Origin: a phage
Sequence record: MZ956761.1
Direction: 5' to 3' (one strand)
Length of the DNA: 64,000 nt
The notes under the pieces are model-generated. The model was given only the letters and a program-made list of their open reading frames with translations, searched no databases and was not told where the DNA came from. The position numbers and the translations under genes are program-made. Each line of letters begins with the position of its first letter. Position 1 is the stretch's first letter. Below are positions 1-10,186 of this stretch, one piece after another.

Positions 1-249
1 GTTGAGCGTAACATTGAAAGCGCAGTAAGAAACTACGAGCCACGTATTGATAAATTAGCAGTTAATGTAATACCAGTTTATGATGATTATACTCTGATAG
101 TAGAAATACGCTTTTCAGTCATCGATAATCCTGATGATATTGAGCAGATAAAACTACAACTGGCTTCCAGTAACAGAGTATAATGCTTCACGTATAAACG
201 TGGTATAATGAATCTAAGTCCATCCAATAACAATTGAATAGAGAACAAT

Positions 250-663
250 ATGAAATTAGAAGATCTTCAAGAAGAATTGAAGAAAGATGTGTTTATAGAT
301 TCGACTAAATTACAGTATGAAGCAGCTAATAATGTGATGTTATATAGTAAATGGCTCAATAAGCATTCAAGTATTAAAAAGGAAATGCTTAGAATTGATG
401 CGCAGAAAAAAGTTGCTCTTAAAGCTAAATTAGACTACTACTCGGGACGAGGAGATGGTGATGAATTTAGTATGGACCGTTATGAGAAATCAGAAATGAA
501 GACAGTTCTATCAGCTGATAAGGATGTTTTAAAAGTTGATACTTCATTACAATATTGGGGAATTTTATTGGATTTCTGTAGCGGAGCTCTTGATGCTATT
601 AAATCACGCGGATTTGCTATTAAGCATATTCAAGACATGCGAGCATTTGAGGCTGGAAAATAA
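250..663 (+). CDS. uvsY: UvsY recombination mediator protein
   Basis: 137-aa ORF, same length as T4 UvsY; uvsY-uvsW-inh-hoc synteny. Confidence 0.85.
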   Translation: MKLEDLQEELKKDVFIDSTKLQYEAANNVMLYSKWLNKHSSIKKEMLRIDAQKKVALKAKLDYYSGRGDGDEFSMDRYEKSEMKTVLSADKDVLKVDTSLQYWGILLDFCSGALDAIKSRGFAIKHIQDMRAFEAGK

Positions 664-887
664 TGAAATATAGCATTGATGATGCTTTTAATTATGAAGA
701 AGAATTCGAAACGGAAATTCAATTCTTAATGAAAAAGTATAATCTCAAGCGTCAGGATATTCGTATCCTGGCCGACCACCCATGCGGTGAAGATGTACTT
801 TATGTTAAAGGAAAATTTGCTGGATATCTTGATGAATATTTTTATTCTAAAGATATGGGCATTGATATGCATATGAGAGTTATATAA
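663..887 (+). CDS. hypothetical protein (position of T4 uvsY.-1)
   Basis: 74-aa ORF; TAATG overlap with uvsY stop. Confidence 0.55.
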   Translation: MKYSIDDAFNYEEEFETEIQFLMKKYNLKRQDIRILADHPCGEDVLYVKGKFAGYLDEYFYSKDMGIDMHMRVI

Positions 888-890
888 ATA
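883..890 (+). promoter_or_regulatory. T4-type late promoter (TATAAATA)
   Basis: Exact TATAAATA about 25 bp upstream of the ATG at 916. Confidence 0.5.
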
Positions 891-915
891 GATATATAAT
901 TTAGAGGAGACAATC

Positions 916-1083
916 ATGTCAGATAAGATTTGCGTTGTCTGTAAAACTCCAATCGATTCTGCATTGGTTGTTGAAACAGACAAAGGTCCTGTACATCCTG
1001 GGCCTTGTTATAATTACATTAAAGAACTACCAGTTTCAGAAAGTTCGGAAGAACAATTAAATGAAACACAACTTTTGCTATAG
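916..1083 (+). CDS. small Cys-rich protein (position of T4 uvsY.-2)
   Basis: 55-aa ORF below the 60-aa track cutoff; GAGGAG SD; CVVC...C motif. Confidence 0.5.
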   Translation: MSDKICVVCKTPIDSALVVETDKGPVHPGPCYNYIKELPVSESSEEQLNETQLLL

Positions 1084-1106
1084 TGTGACCTTTAGTCTAT
1101 AGTTTT

Positions 1107-1135
1107 GGCCCTTCCTTTTTGGTTGGGCCTTTTTT
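1107..1135. terminator. hairpin plus T-run between convergent genes
   Basis: GGCCC/GGGCC stem followed by TTTTTT. Confidence 0.35.
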
Positions 1136-1138
1136 AAT

Positions 1139-1381
1139 TTAAAAGCTTTCTTCTACTTCATCGTCTGAATCTTCTAATTCAGCTCTTTTTCCTGCCAAAG
1201 CATCTCTCACAGAGATGTCATCAGTATCTTTTAATTCAGTTTCTTTAACTCTTTTCTTATAATAAGCTTCAAGTTCTTCTAGACCTTCTATCGTTTGACA
1301 AGAGGCAATTTTACCCATAAATTCATCAATAGAAGCTTCATAAAGAAATTGTTTAAATTCTAGTAACATCTTTTTCTCCAA
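1139..1381 (-). CDS. uvsW.1: UvsW.1 small ORF downstream of uvsW
   Basis: 80-aa ORF directly after uvsW on the same strand. Confidence 0.65.
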   Translation of the reverse strand: MEKKMLLEFKQFLYEASIDEFMGKIASCQTIEGLEELEAYYKKRVKETELKDTDDISVRDALAGKRAELEDSDDEVEESF

Positions 1382-1394
1382 AGGGCCGAAGCCC

Positions 1395-2906
1395 TTATAA
1401 ATTAACTGTTTTCATTACGTAATTAAATTTTTCATCTGCGTAGCGCTGAATACGATCAATGCCGTGTTTTAAAAGATAGTTCAAATGAACGTATTTCTTT
1501 TTCGTATTAGCAGATTTTGGCTTAACACCGCAATCATCTATGAGGTCCCAGACTGTTGCGATTGTTTTGGAACCATGCTTACGTAATACGCGACCTATTG
1601 TTTGCAATACAATAATTTTAGATTTAACACCGTGTGCTAAAACAACGTGATGCAGATTTTTAACTGAAATACCGGTAGAAAATACACCATAACTAGCTAC
1701 TATAATTATTCCTTTACCGTTTTCAGCTAAGGTTTTCATTATATTGCGGGTTTCGGTATCAACTTCCCCTGATACGTAATAAACTTTATCGTATTCATTT
1801 TTAATTAAATCGAAAATAGCTTTACCGTGCGATACGTGTTTAAACATGACAAAAGCGTTTTCATCTTTTTGTGCAAGCTTAATAGCTAATTTAGCGATCC
1901 ATTTATTTCTTTTACTGAGTCCAGTGATAATTTTTATTTCTTCTTGGTAAGTTTTTCCCTTTAATTTAGTAGTGAACTCATCGGGATAGCGAAGAAAAAT
2001 ACTATTAATTTTTAGCTCAGTTACTTGTCCATCTTCCATTAATTTAGAAGTCGTTACTGGCTTAAATATTTCGCCAAACATTCCAACATACTGCATGATA
2101 TTAGCTTTGCCATCACGTAATGAACCAGACAAACCAAATTTAAACATACAGTTATTTAAACCTGATATGATAGATGAAATACTTTTTCCTGTAGCAAGAT
2201 GACATTCATCATTCATCATCATTCCAAACTGTGAGAACCATTCTTTCGGTTGTTTTACTACAGTTTGCCATGTACCAACAACGACTGGTGCATCATTTTT
2301 ATATTTATCATCTTTTGATGCTCCGCCGCCAATTTTCTTTATCATTGCATGACTGAATAAACGATAGTCGACGAAGTCATCAGCCATCTGAGTTGTCAGA
2401 GCAGTTGTTGGAACAATGATAAGAATTTTACCTTCATAATTTTCCAAATAATACCGCGCAAGCAAAGCTTGAATTAAAGATTTACCTGCGGATGTTGGAA
2501 GATTAAGAATTCTACGACGATTAACTAATCCTTCGAACACTGCATCTTTTTGATACCAGTGTGGTTCAATTCTTTTATTTCCTGAATAGATTTCTAATTT
2601 AGAAAGCCATTCATCAAAATCTTTTCTTGATAATTCTTCTTTTTCGTTAATCTGTGGGTCAATCCAGGCTTTATAGCCAAAGTTATCACAGAACTTTTTA
2701 ATTTGCCCGACTAAGCCGAATGGAAGAAGACGATTATAATCTAAAAGACGGATTCGTCCATCCCAGTGACCATATTTGTACTTCGGATTAAAACGATACC
2801 CATCAGCTTCAAAGCTAAAGAAATCACGGAGTTCATGAAATGTACTTTCTTCACAATCAATTCTCACGTGACTAAAATCATAAAAATGTACTTTAATGTC
2901 AGTCAT
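1395..2906 (-). CDS. uvsW: UvsW SF2 helicase
   Basis: 503 aa; Walker A LPTSAGKS and DECH box (MNDECH). Confidence 0.92.
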   Translation of the reverse strand: MTDIKVHFYDFSHVRIDCEESTFHELRDFFSFEADGYRFNPKYKYGHWDGRIRLLDYNRLLPFGLVGQIKKFCDNFGYKAWIDPQINEKEELSRKDFDEWLSKLEIYSGNKRIEPHWYQKDAVFEGLVNRRRILNLPTSAGKSLIQALLARYYLENYEGKILIIVPTTALTTQMADDFVDYRLFSHAMIKKIGGGASKDDKYKNDAPVVVGTWQTVVKQPKEWFSQFGMMMNDECHLATGKSISSIISGLNNCMFKFGLSGSLRDGKANIMQYVGMFGEIFKPVTTSKLMEDGQVTELKINSIFLRYPDEFTTKLKGKTYQEEIKIITGLSKRNKWIAKLAIKLAQKDENAFVMFKHVSHGKAIFDLIKNEYDKVYYVSGEVDTETRNIMKTLAENGKGIIIVASYGVFSTGISVKNLHHVVLAHGVKSKIIVLQTIGRVLRKHGSKTIATVWDLIDDCGVKPKSANTKKKYVHLNYLLKHGIDRIQRYADEKFNYVMKTVNL

Positions 2907-2935
2907 GTCTAAATACCATGTAATAAATATATCTA

Positions 2936-2943
2936 TATTTATA
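2936..2943 (-). promoter_or_regulatory. T4-type late promoter (TATAAATA on minus strand)
   Basis: TATTTATA on plus strand about 30 bp upstream of uvsW start. Confidence 0.5.
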
Positions 2944-2956
2944 CTGAGGAAATATT

Positions 2957-3637
2957 ATGATAGATAAAGATTATATTGCAGAGCTGAAGGCTCTTGATGA
3001 TAATAAAGAAGCTAAAGCTAAATTAGCTGAATATGCTGAACAGTTTGGTATAAAGGTCAAAAAGAATAAATCTTTTGATAATATCGTTAATGATATTGAA
3101 GAAGCCCTCCAGAAGCTCGCTAGTGAACCTATGCCAGAGACTGATGGGTTATCTATTAAAGACTTAATTGATGCTGCTGATGCTGCAGACGGATTAAAAT
3201 ATGACGATGAAGAAGTCAATCCAGAGGCAGCACTTCTGATTGATTCTCCGGTTAAATCTGACATTAAAATTGAAGTAGTAGAAACGGATAAAATTCTTGA
3301 AAATACCGATGTTTTGATTGAAGATACTCCTTTTGTTGAAGAAAAATTCGAGCAGGCTGTAGCTGAGATTATTGAATCTGAAAAGCCGTCTGTATTTACT
3401 CTTCCGGAAAACTTTAGTCCGAATCTTCAGCTGATTGGAAAAAATCCAGGATTCTGCACTGTTCCTTGGTGGATTTACCAGTGGATTGCTGAAACTCCGG
3501 ATTGGAAATCTCACCCAACTAGTTTTGAACATGCGTCGGCACACCAAACTTTATTTAGCTTAATTTACTACATTAATCGTGACGGATCAGTTCTAATTCG
3601 TGAAACACGTAATTCTTCTTTCGTAACATTAAAATAA
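2957..3637 (+). CDS. inh: Inh, inhibitor of prohead protease
   Basis: 226 aa, matches T4 Inh length and position next to hoc. Confidence 0.75.
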   Translation: MIDKDYIAELKALDDNKEAKAKLAEYAEQFGIKVKKNKSFDNIVNDIEEALQKLASEPMPETDGLSIKDLIDAADAADGLKYDDEEVNPEAALLIDSPVKSDIKIEVVETDKILENTDVLIEDTPFVEEKFEQAVAEIIESEKPSVFTLPENFSPNLQLIGKNPGFCTVPWWIYQWIAETPDWKSHPTSFEHASAHQTLFSLIYYINRDGSVLIRETRNSSFVTLK

Positions 3638-3646
3638 GGATAACTT

Positions 3647-4777
3647 ATGGCTTTTACAGTTGATATAACTCCTAAAACACCTACTGGAGTTATAGATCAG
3701 ACTCAGCAGTTTACTGCTACACCCAGTGGTCAAACTGGAGATGGACCTATTACATATGCTTGGACTGTAGACGACGCTCCGCAGGAAGAAACGTCAGCAA
3801 CTTTTAGTTATGTACTAAAAGGACCTGCCGGTCAAAAGACTATTAAAGTCGTTGCAACCAATCAAGTTGCAGAATCTGAACCTGAAACAGCTGAAATTAG
3901 TACAACTATCACGGTTCAAAATAAAACACAGACAACTACCTTAGCAGTAACTCCTGATAGTCCTTCAGCTGGAGTAATTGGAACCCCAGTTCAATTTACT
4001 GCTGCCTTAGCTTCACAGCCGCCAGGTGCATCTGCTACGTATCAATGGCACGTTGACGGTTCTCCTGTAAGCGAAGCAACTGACGCTACATTCAATTACA
4101 CTCCTGACACAAGCGGAGTTAAAACAATTAAGTGTGTAGCTCAAGTAACCGCGACAGATTATGATACAAAGGAAGTTACTTCCAATGAAGTGTCACTGAC
4201 TGTTAATAAGAAGACAATGAATCCACAAGTTACATTGACTCCTCCTTCTATTAACGTTCAGCAAGATGCTTCGGCTACATTTACTGCTAATGTTACGGAT
4301 GCTCCAGAAGAAGCACAAATCGAATATTCATGGAAGAAAGATTCTTCTCCAGTAGAAGGGTCAACTAATGTATACACGGTTGATACATCATCTATTGGAA
4401 GTCAAACTATTGAAGTTACTGCAACTGTTACTGCTACTGATTATGATAGCAAAACTATCACAGCAGAAGGTCAAGTTCAGGTAACTGATAAAGTTGCTCC
4501 AGAACCAGAAGGTGAATTGCCTTATGTTCATCCTCTTCCACATCGTACTTCAGCTTATATCTGGTGCGGTTGGTGGGTTATGGATGAAATCCAAAAAATG
4601 ACCGAAGAAGGTAAAGATTGGAAAACTGAAGATCCAGATAGTAAATACTACCTGCATCGTTACACCCTTCAGAAGATGATGAAAGACTATCCAGAAGTTG
4701 ATGTTCAAGAATCACGTAATGGATACATCATTCATAAAACTGCTTTAGAAACTGGTATCATCTATACCTATCCATAA
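3647..4777 (+). CDS. hoc: Hoc outer capsid decoration protein
   Basis: 376 aa; tandem Ig-like repeats with recurring (V)TATDYD(T/S)K motif. Confidence 0.85.
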   Translation: MAFTVDITPKTPTGVIDQTQQFTATPSGQTGDGPITYAWTVDDAPQEETSATFSYVLKGPAGQKTIKVVATNQVAESEPETAEISTTITVQNKTQTTTLAVTPDSPSAGVIGTPVQFTAALASQPPGASATYQWHVDGSPVSEATDATFNYTPDTSGVKTIKCVAQVTATDYDTKEVTSNEVSLTVNKKTMNPQVTLTPPSINVQQDASATFTANVTDAPEEAQIEYSWKKDSSPVEGSTNVYTVDTSSIGSQTIEVTATVTATDYDSKTITAEGQVQVTDKVAPEPEGELPYVHPLPHRTSAYIWCGWWVMDEIQKMTEEGKDWKTEDPDSKYYLHRYTLQKMMKDYPEVDVQESRNGYIIHKTALETGIIYTYP

Positions 4778-4782
4778 TCATA

Positions 4783-4805
4783 AGGGGCTTCGGCCCCTTT
4801 CTTCA
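4783..4805 (+). terminator. intrinsic terminator after hoc
   Basis: GGGGC-TTCG-GCCCC hairpin followed by T-rich tract. Confidence 0.55.
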
Positions 4806-4866
4806 TTTTGAAAGCACACAAAACACACTCAGAAAATGATGTATATAATGGCACCAACTCGATAAC

Positions 4867-5082
4867 ATGAGATTGATTATGAGAACTGAGGTTGTGGTGT
4901 TTACTCTTCATGAGTCTGGAAAGTCATTCATTGAAATTGCTCGTGAATTGAACTTACAGGCAAAGGAAGTGGCTGTATTATGGGCTCGAGCTATGACTGC
5001 TAAGAATAAATTTGAAACTCGAGAAAAAGTTGTCTATAGAAAAAGGCATATTAATAAAAAGGTGAAAAATGGAACAGTATGA
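4867..5082 (+). CDS. hypothetical protein (position of T4 24.3)
   Basis: 71-aa ORF; true start may be the internal Met at 4879. Confidence 0.45.
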   Translation: MRLIMRTEVVVFTLHESGKSFIEIARELNLQAKEVAVLWARAMTAKNKFETREKVVYRKRHINKKVKNGTV

Positions 5083-5347
5083 TCTTTATGAAAATGAATC
5101 TTTTGCTAATCAATTACGTGAAAAAGCACTTAAAAGTAAACAGTTTAAACTAGAGTGTTTTATTAAAGATTTTTCGGAACTTGCTAATAAAGCAGCTGAA
5201 CAAGGTAAAACATATTTTAGTTATTATTGTACTGCTCGCGATAAATTGATTACTGAAGAAATTGGTGATTGGCTGAGAAAAGAAGGATTTAGCTTTAAAG
5301 TCAATAGTGATCAGCGTGATGGTGATTGGTTAGAAATTACATTTTGA
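5069..5347 (+). CDS. hypothetical protein (position of T4 24.2)
   Basis: 92-aa ORF overlapping the previous stop. Confidence 0.5.
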   Translation: MEQYDLYENESFANQLREKALKSKQFKLECFIKDFSELANKAAEQGKTYFSYYCTARDKLITEEIGDWLRKEGFSFKVNSDQRDGDWLEITF

Positions 5348-5356
5348 GGATTAATT

Positions 5357-6361
5357 ATGTTTAAAAAGTATAGCAGTCTTGAAAATCATTACAACTCTAA
5401 ATTTATTGAAAAACTTTACAGTTTAGGATTGACTGGCGGCGAATGGGTAGCTCGTGAAAAGATTCATGGTACAAATTTCTCGCTAATTATTGAGCGTGAT
5501 AAAGTAACTTGTGCTAAACGTACTGGTCCTATTCTTCCTGCTGAAGATTTCTTTGGGTATGAAATTATTTTGAAGAATTACGCTGATTCCATTAAAGCAG
5601 TACAAGAAATTATGGAAACTTCAGCGGTTGTATCTTATCAAGTCTTTGGTGAATTCGCCGGACCTGGCATTCAGAAGAATGTCGATTATGGTGATAAAGA
5701 TTTTTATGTATTTGACATTATTGTTACTACCGAAAGTGGTGATGTGACTTATGTCGATGATTATATGATGGAATCATTCTGTAATAAATTTAAATTTAAA
5801 ATGGCTCCACTTTTAGGTCGCGGTAAATTTGAAGAGCTGATTAAATTGCCAAATGATTTAGATTCTGTCGTACAGGATTATAATTTTACGGTAGACAATG
5901 CTGGATTAGTTGATGCAAATAAATGCATTTGGAATGCCGAAGCAAAAGGCGAAGTATTTACCGCTGAAGGATATGTATTGAAACCTTGCTATCCTTCTTG
6001 GATGCCTAATGGTAATCGCGTAGCTATCAAATGCAAGAACTCTAAATTCAGTGAAAAGAAAAAGTCTGATAAGCCTATTAAAGCTAAAGTTGAGTTGTCA
6101 GAAGCTGATAATAAATTGCTGGGAATTTTAGCTTGTTACGTTACACTGAACCGAGTAAATAACGTTATTTCTAAAATTGGCGAAATTGGTCCAAAAGATT
6201 TTGGAAAGGTGATGGGACTAACGGTTCAAGATATTTTGGAAGAAACTTCTCGTGAAGGTATTACTCTAACTCAAGCGGATAATCCTTCTTTGATTAAGAA
6301 GGAATTAGTTAAAATGGTACAAGATGTACTTCGTCCGGCTTGGATTGAATTGGTAAGTTAA
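5357..6361 (+). CDS. rnlB: RNA ligase 2
   Basis: 334 aa; nucleotidyltransferase motif I KIHGTN. Confidence 0.9.
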   Translation: MFKKYSSLENHYNSKFIEKLYSLGLTGGEWVAREKIHGTNFSLIIERDKVTCAKRTGPILPAEDFFGYEIILKNYADSIKAVQEIMETSAVVSYQVFGEFAGPGIQKNVDYGDKDFYVFDIIVTTESGDVTYVDDYMMESFCNKFKFKMAPLLGRGKFEELIKLPNDLDSVVQDYNFTVDNAGLVDANKCIWNAEAKGEVFTAEGYVLKPCYPSWMPNGNRVAIKCKNSKFSEKKKSDKPIKAKVELSEADNKLLGILACYVTLNRVNNVISKIGEIGPKDFGKVMGLTVQDILEETSREGITLTQADNPSLIKKELVKMVQDVLRPAWIELVS

Positions 6362-6368
6362 ATAAAAA

Positions 6369-6392
6369 GGGACCTTTCGGTCCCTTTGTTTT
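6369..6392. terminator. bidirectional hairpin terminator between rnlB and gene 24
   Basis: GGGACC-TTTC-GGTCCC stem-loop flanked by A-run and T-run. Confidence 0.55.
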
Positions 6393-7674
6393 ATTCATCA
6401 ATGATAATTTTTGGTAGTTTAACACCTAATAAAACAGACAAATCTGAACGACCCGCCATTTTATCCATGTCTCCACCGTCAATTACTCTTGCTTCTTTTT
6501 CATCTTTTGCTACAGTGTAAGGATTTGCAGATAAAGCATATCTAACTAATAAACCGATAGATGGCTGCAAACTTTCTGGATCGACTACAACTTTAAATGC
6601 ACCTACATGTTCAGGGTCATCTAAGTCAAGACCTTCTGTATACGGAGCATAGAAAATTGACCCAACAATTTCTTTTTCACCGATATTTTCTACTACGCCA
6701 ACGATTACATAATCTAATGGGCTGTTGGTATCGCAATAAAGTGGTAAACCATTAGCTAAGAACCCGTAGGCATTTTGTGAAAGATATTTGTCATCTTCTG
6801 GTTTATGTTTTAACCAACCTGATGCAGCAAGAATCGCAGCAGCACGAGCTGAAGCAACACAGAACGTTGCAGTATAAGTTGATTCTTTTTGGATATGCGA
6901 AACCATTTCACATACCATTCGGTATAATGAACGACCAGCTTCAGGCGCAGATGCATAACTCAAATCAATGAATCCAGTATCAGTAATTCCTGTAACTTTA
7001 TAGCGTTTTGACACTGTAATCAAAGACTGCAGAATATCTTTATTGATTTCATCTGCCATTTCGGTTGCAAGCAAATCTTCCAAGAAATTAGGAGCATCGA
7101 ATCCGTTTGCTTCTAAATCTTGTGCTAATTCAACTGTGATGCCAGTTTTAAGTTTACGAGATTTAACTGCGGTTTGCCATTTATTAATCTGGAATCTAGC
7201 ATCCGCAATTTCACTATCAGAGCTTTCAAATTTGCTTGTTACTGCAGCATCAGAAAATAGACGAACCTTTAAAAGAACAATTGCAATCTGAAGAGCTAAT
7301 TCTAAATCACTTTCTTCAATATCAGCAAATGGTGTATCTTCTAATACTTTATAAACGATATTATTATATTTGAATAAATCGCCTTTATTGAGAGTTAATT
7401 TAGACTCTTCTGTTAATTCTGTGATTTGTTCTCGGTCTACGTATCCAGCTTCGCCGGCGTAAGTAGCACCAGTTTTAAATGTAAATTCGTTATCTGGGTT
7501 AAGGTATTTGATACCATAAAAAGCAGCAACAGGTTGATTAGTTCTTTGCGTTGCTACAATGTCAGAATATATTAATTTAGTGGTAGCGCGAGTCAAAGCA
7601 ACGAGATTTGGGCGACCGATTGAGTTGCTATTCGTTGTGGTTGATTCGCGCAGAAGTTCGTTGATTTTAGCCAT
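6391..7674 (-). CDS. 24: gp24 capsid vertex protein
   Basis: 427 aa; next to gene 23. Confidence 0.9.
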   Translation of the reverse strand: MAKINELLRESTTTNSNSIGRPNLVALTRATTKLIYSDIVATQRTNQPVAAFYGIKYLNPDNEFTFKTGATYAGEAGYVDREQITELTEESKLTLNKGDLFKYNNIVYKVLEDTPFADIEESDLELALQIAIVLLKVRLFSDAAVTSKFESSDSEIADARFQINKWQTAVKSRKLKTGITVELAQDLEANGFDAPNFLEDLLATEMADEINKDILQSLITVSKRYKVTGITDTGFIDLSYASAPEAGRSLYRMVCEMVSHIQKESTYTATFCVASARAAAILAASGWLKHKPEDDKYLSQNAYGFLANGLPLYCDTNSPLDYVIVGVVENIGEKEIVGSIFYAPYTEGLDLDDPEHVGAFKVVVDPESLQPSIGLLVRYALSANPYTVAKDEKEARVIDGGDMDKMAGRSDLSVLLGVKLPKIIIDE

Positions 7675-7701
7675 TGCGCTTTCCTTTTGGTTTATATGAT
7701 T

Positions 7702-7709
7702 TATTTATA
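7702..7709 (-). promoter_or_regulatory. T4-type late promoter for gene 24
   Basis: TATTTATA on plus strand about 28 bp upstream of gene 24 start. Confidence 0.5.
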
Positions 7710-7725
7710 CCATAAAAACAACTAA

Positions 7726-7743
7726 AGGGACCCGAAGGTCCCT
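7726..7743 (-). terminator. hairpin after gene 23
   Basis: AGGGACC-CGAA-GGTCCCT inverted repeat just downstream of the gene 23 stop. Confidence 0.5.
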
Positions 7744-7757
7744 TAAATCGTCAAAGA

Positions 7758-9323
7758 TTAGATACCTTTAACATATACACGGCGGAAGTAAGCGTTTTTA
7801 CCAAGGCTATTCAGAATAGAAGGCATACCGCTCTGGATGCGAGAAGCCGGAGCCTGAGCAGCGGATTCTGCAAATGGGTTGATACCGATACCGTAACGAG
7901 TTTTGAATCCCATTACTGGTTGGAAGTTCTTCGGATCGGAACCACGCAGCGGAGTCAGAGCTACATATGGAGCGTAGTAAATACCAGCATCCATTTCGTT
8001 CGGACCTTTATAACCTACAGTGAAATAATCCTGTTTAGCATACTGGTCGATATATACACGGTATTTACCACCCAGAACACCAGCAAATACTGACTTGGTA
8101 GTATCAGTGTTAAAGCCGGTAGCCAGACCCTGTGCAGCATAAGAAATGCCAGTATCAACTGAAGCCAGAACGTTAACTACGTTACGGGAAGCGATAATGA
8201 AGTTACCTTCACCACGACCGGTCTGACGAGCAATTTCAACTGCTTCTTTGTCAATCTGGAACAACAGAGCTTTAAAGGATTCACCCGCCCAGCGAGCACC
8301 ACGAATATCAATCGGATCCTGGAAGTCAAATACACCAGCTTTAGAACCCGGAGTCAGGGTCATACCAGATTTACCAACCTGAGCTGAGTAGTTAATCCAA
8401 TCAACAACTTCACGGTTGATTTCCAGCATGATTTCGGTAGCCAGAATACCAGACAGTTCAGCATCAGCATCCATACCGTGAACAGCGCGGAGGTCTTGTG
8501 CTAATTCGATAGAGTAAGCAGCTTTCAGCTGACGAGATTTAGCTTCGATAACTTGTTTATCAATACGGAAGCCCATTTCATTCCATGGGTTATCGGTAGA
8601 ACCGTTGAAACCTTCCTGAAGTTCAGCGATAGAAGTAGCCATACCTTCAGCGATTTCTACCAGTACACCAGCTTCCATTTGTTTCTTAATTTCAGCATCT
8701 AATTTAGCTGCGTCATCTGCAGTAGAACTAATTGTTACTTGAGCAGAAGCTTGCAGATACACAGTACCAGTGTCCTGGAAGAAGTGAGTATAGATATCAC
8801 CTACTGTAGTTTGCGTGCTAGCAGCCAGAGCTGGGAATTTCTTAGCAGCACCCTGACCAGAGAACATTGCATCTGGACCATACATTGGGTGGAATGCTTC
8901 TTTAGCACCGGCAGCGATTGGGTCTTTACCATATACTGCGCGCAGTGCGAATACCTGGCCAGTCGGGCTGTTCATCGGCTGAACACCGCAAATATCGAAA
9001 GCAATCAGGTTAGGAATAGCACGACGTACCATACCCATAACAGCTGGGCCAATCTGAGTTACTGCGCCAGAAGTCTGACCAGCAGCGATGTTAGTAGCGT
9101 TGTAACCGTGGTCACCACCGATTTCAGCTTCTGTTAAGAAAGAACCAAACGCCTGAGCGATTTTTTCGTCTTTGTATTCTGGAGCTGTCTGGAAATCTTT
9201 TTCCTGGTTTTCAAAGATTTTAGCGATAATCGCTTGTTTGCTATTAGCAATTTCCGGTAAACCTTCACCTTCCAGTAATGGCTTCCATTTGTTCAAAAGT
9301 TCAGCTTTAGTTTTGATAGTCAT
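7758..9323 (-). CDS. 23: gp23 major capsid protein
   Basis: 521 aa; MTIKTKAELLNKWKPLLEGEG N-terminus recognised as T4 gp23. Confidence 0.95.
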   Translation of the reverse strand: MTIKTKAELLNKWKPLLEGEGLPEIANSKQAIIAKIFENQEKDFQTAPEYKDEKIAQAFGSFLTEAEIGGDHGYNATNIAAGQTSGAVTQIGPAVMGMVRRAIPNLIAFDICGVQPMNSPTGQVFALRAVYGKDPIAAGAKEAFHPMYGPDAMFSGQGAAKKFPALAASTQTTVGDIYTHFFQDTGTVYLQASAQVTISSTADDAAKLDAEIKKQMEAGVLVEIAEGMATSIAELQEGFNGSTDNPWNEMGFRIDKQVIEAKSRQLKAAYSIELAQDLRAVHGMDADAELSGILATEIMLEINREVVDWINYSAQVGKSGMTLTPGSKAGVFDFQDPIDIRGARWAGESFKALLFQIDKEAVEIARQTGRGEGNFIIASRNVVNVLASVDTGISYAAQGLATGFNTDTTKSVFAGVLGGKYRVYIDQYAKQDYFTVGYKGPNEMDAGIYYAPYVALTPLRGSDPKNFQPVMGFKTRYGIGINPFAESAAQAPASRIQSGMPSILNSLGKNAYFRRVYVKGI

Positions 9324-9341
9324 TTGTGTTAACCTTTAAAA

Positions 9342-10151
9342 TTAGAAACGAGATGCGACTTTCGCATATACACTTACAATATCTTCTGCACCAGGTGCAG
9401 CTTTATCTTCTACAGCTTCAGTGACGAAATTCAGTCCGGCTGCTTCAGTATCAGGAGTATTTATACCCTCAGTAATAGTGCTTTCATCTTTATTAGACTT
9501 CTTCACCATTTCTACGATGGCACTCAATTTACTTGAGAATGCATCTGAATAATCCATACCTTCGACCAGAGCAGAGACTTTTTCTTTTTGAGACTCAGTC
9601 AGATCTTTAGTACTTTCGCTCAATGCCACTTCACGCTGCACATAATTGATATATGCGTCGCGCATATTGAGTTCTTCGAACAGACGAGCTGATTCTTCTT
9701 TATGTTCTTGCAGCTCTTCTTCCATTTCAGCTACAACATCAACTGATTCTTCTGGAACAACAACGTTGTGTTCAACAAAGAGCTCTTTTAATCCACCAAG
9801 CATGGATTCAAACAGTTCGGCTTTGATGCCTTTATCAACTGCTAATTTATTTTCAGCGAGCCATTCTTTCGCAAGATGGTCGATGAATTTAGAAGCTTGC
9901 TCAGCGATTTTCTTCTCAGCTTTTTCTTCGGCTTCTTCTTTATTTTTTTCTACTTCTTCTTCTGCTTTTTCAGCAATTTTAGCGATATGAGATTCAGCTA
10001 ATTTAACGGCGTGCTGCTTGACGGTAGCTTCGAATACAGTGCCGAAAGTTTCTTTTGCTTCCGGAGAAATATTAACTGATTCGAAAATACTATCAAGAGC
10101 AACGGAAGCATCAATTTTTTGCGCTTCAGCAATCAGTTGTTCTTTAAGCAT
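9342..10151 (-). CDS. 22: gp22 prohead core scaffold protein
   Basis: 269 aa, acidic and helical; between genes 21 and 23. Confidence 0.85.
   Translation of the reverse strand: MLKEQLIAEAQKIDASVALDSIFESVNISPEAKETFGTVFEATVKQHAVKLAESHIAKIAEKAEEEVEKNKEEAEEKAEKKIAEQASKFIDHLAKEWLAENKLAVDKGIKAELFESMLGGLKELFVEHNVVVPEESVDVVAEMEEELQEHKEESARLFEELNMRDAYINYVQREVALSESTKDLTESQKEKVSALVEGMDYSDAFSSKLSAIVEMVKKSNKDESTITEGINTPDTEAAGLNFVTEAVEDKAAPGAEDIVSVYAKVASRF
9458..9465 (-). promoter_or_regulatory. T4-type late promoter inside 3' end of gene 22 (P23)
   Basis: TATTTATA on plus strand about 135 bp upstream of gene 23 start. Confidence 0.45.
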
Positions 10152-10178
10152 TTTGTAGTCCTGTTGTTTAGATAATAA

Positions 10179-10186
10179 TATTTATA
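10179..10186 (-). promoter_or_regulatory. T4-type late promoter for gene 22
   Basis: TATTTATA on plus strand about 28 bp upstream of gene 22 start. Confidence 0.5.

Noticed and set aside
8739-9137. Antisense ORF inside gene 23, and similar antisense ORFs inside other large structural genes (for example 6777-6971, 15086-15286, 22876-23091, 29771-30043, 35083-35283)
   Set aside because: Each is nested opposite a gene whose length matches the T4 protein; no SD or promoter motifs; expected by chance in an AT-rich genome.
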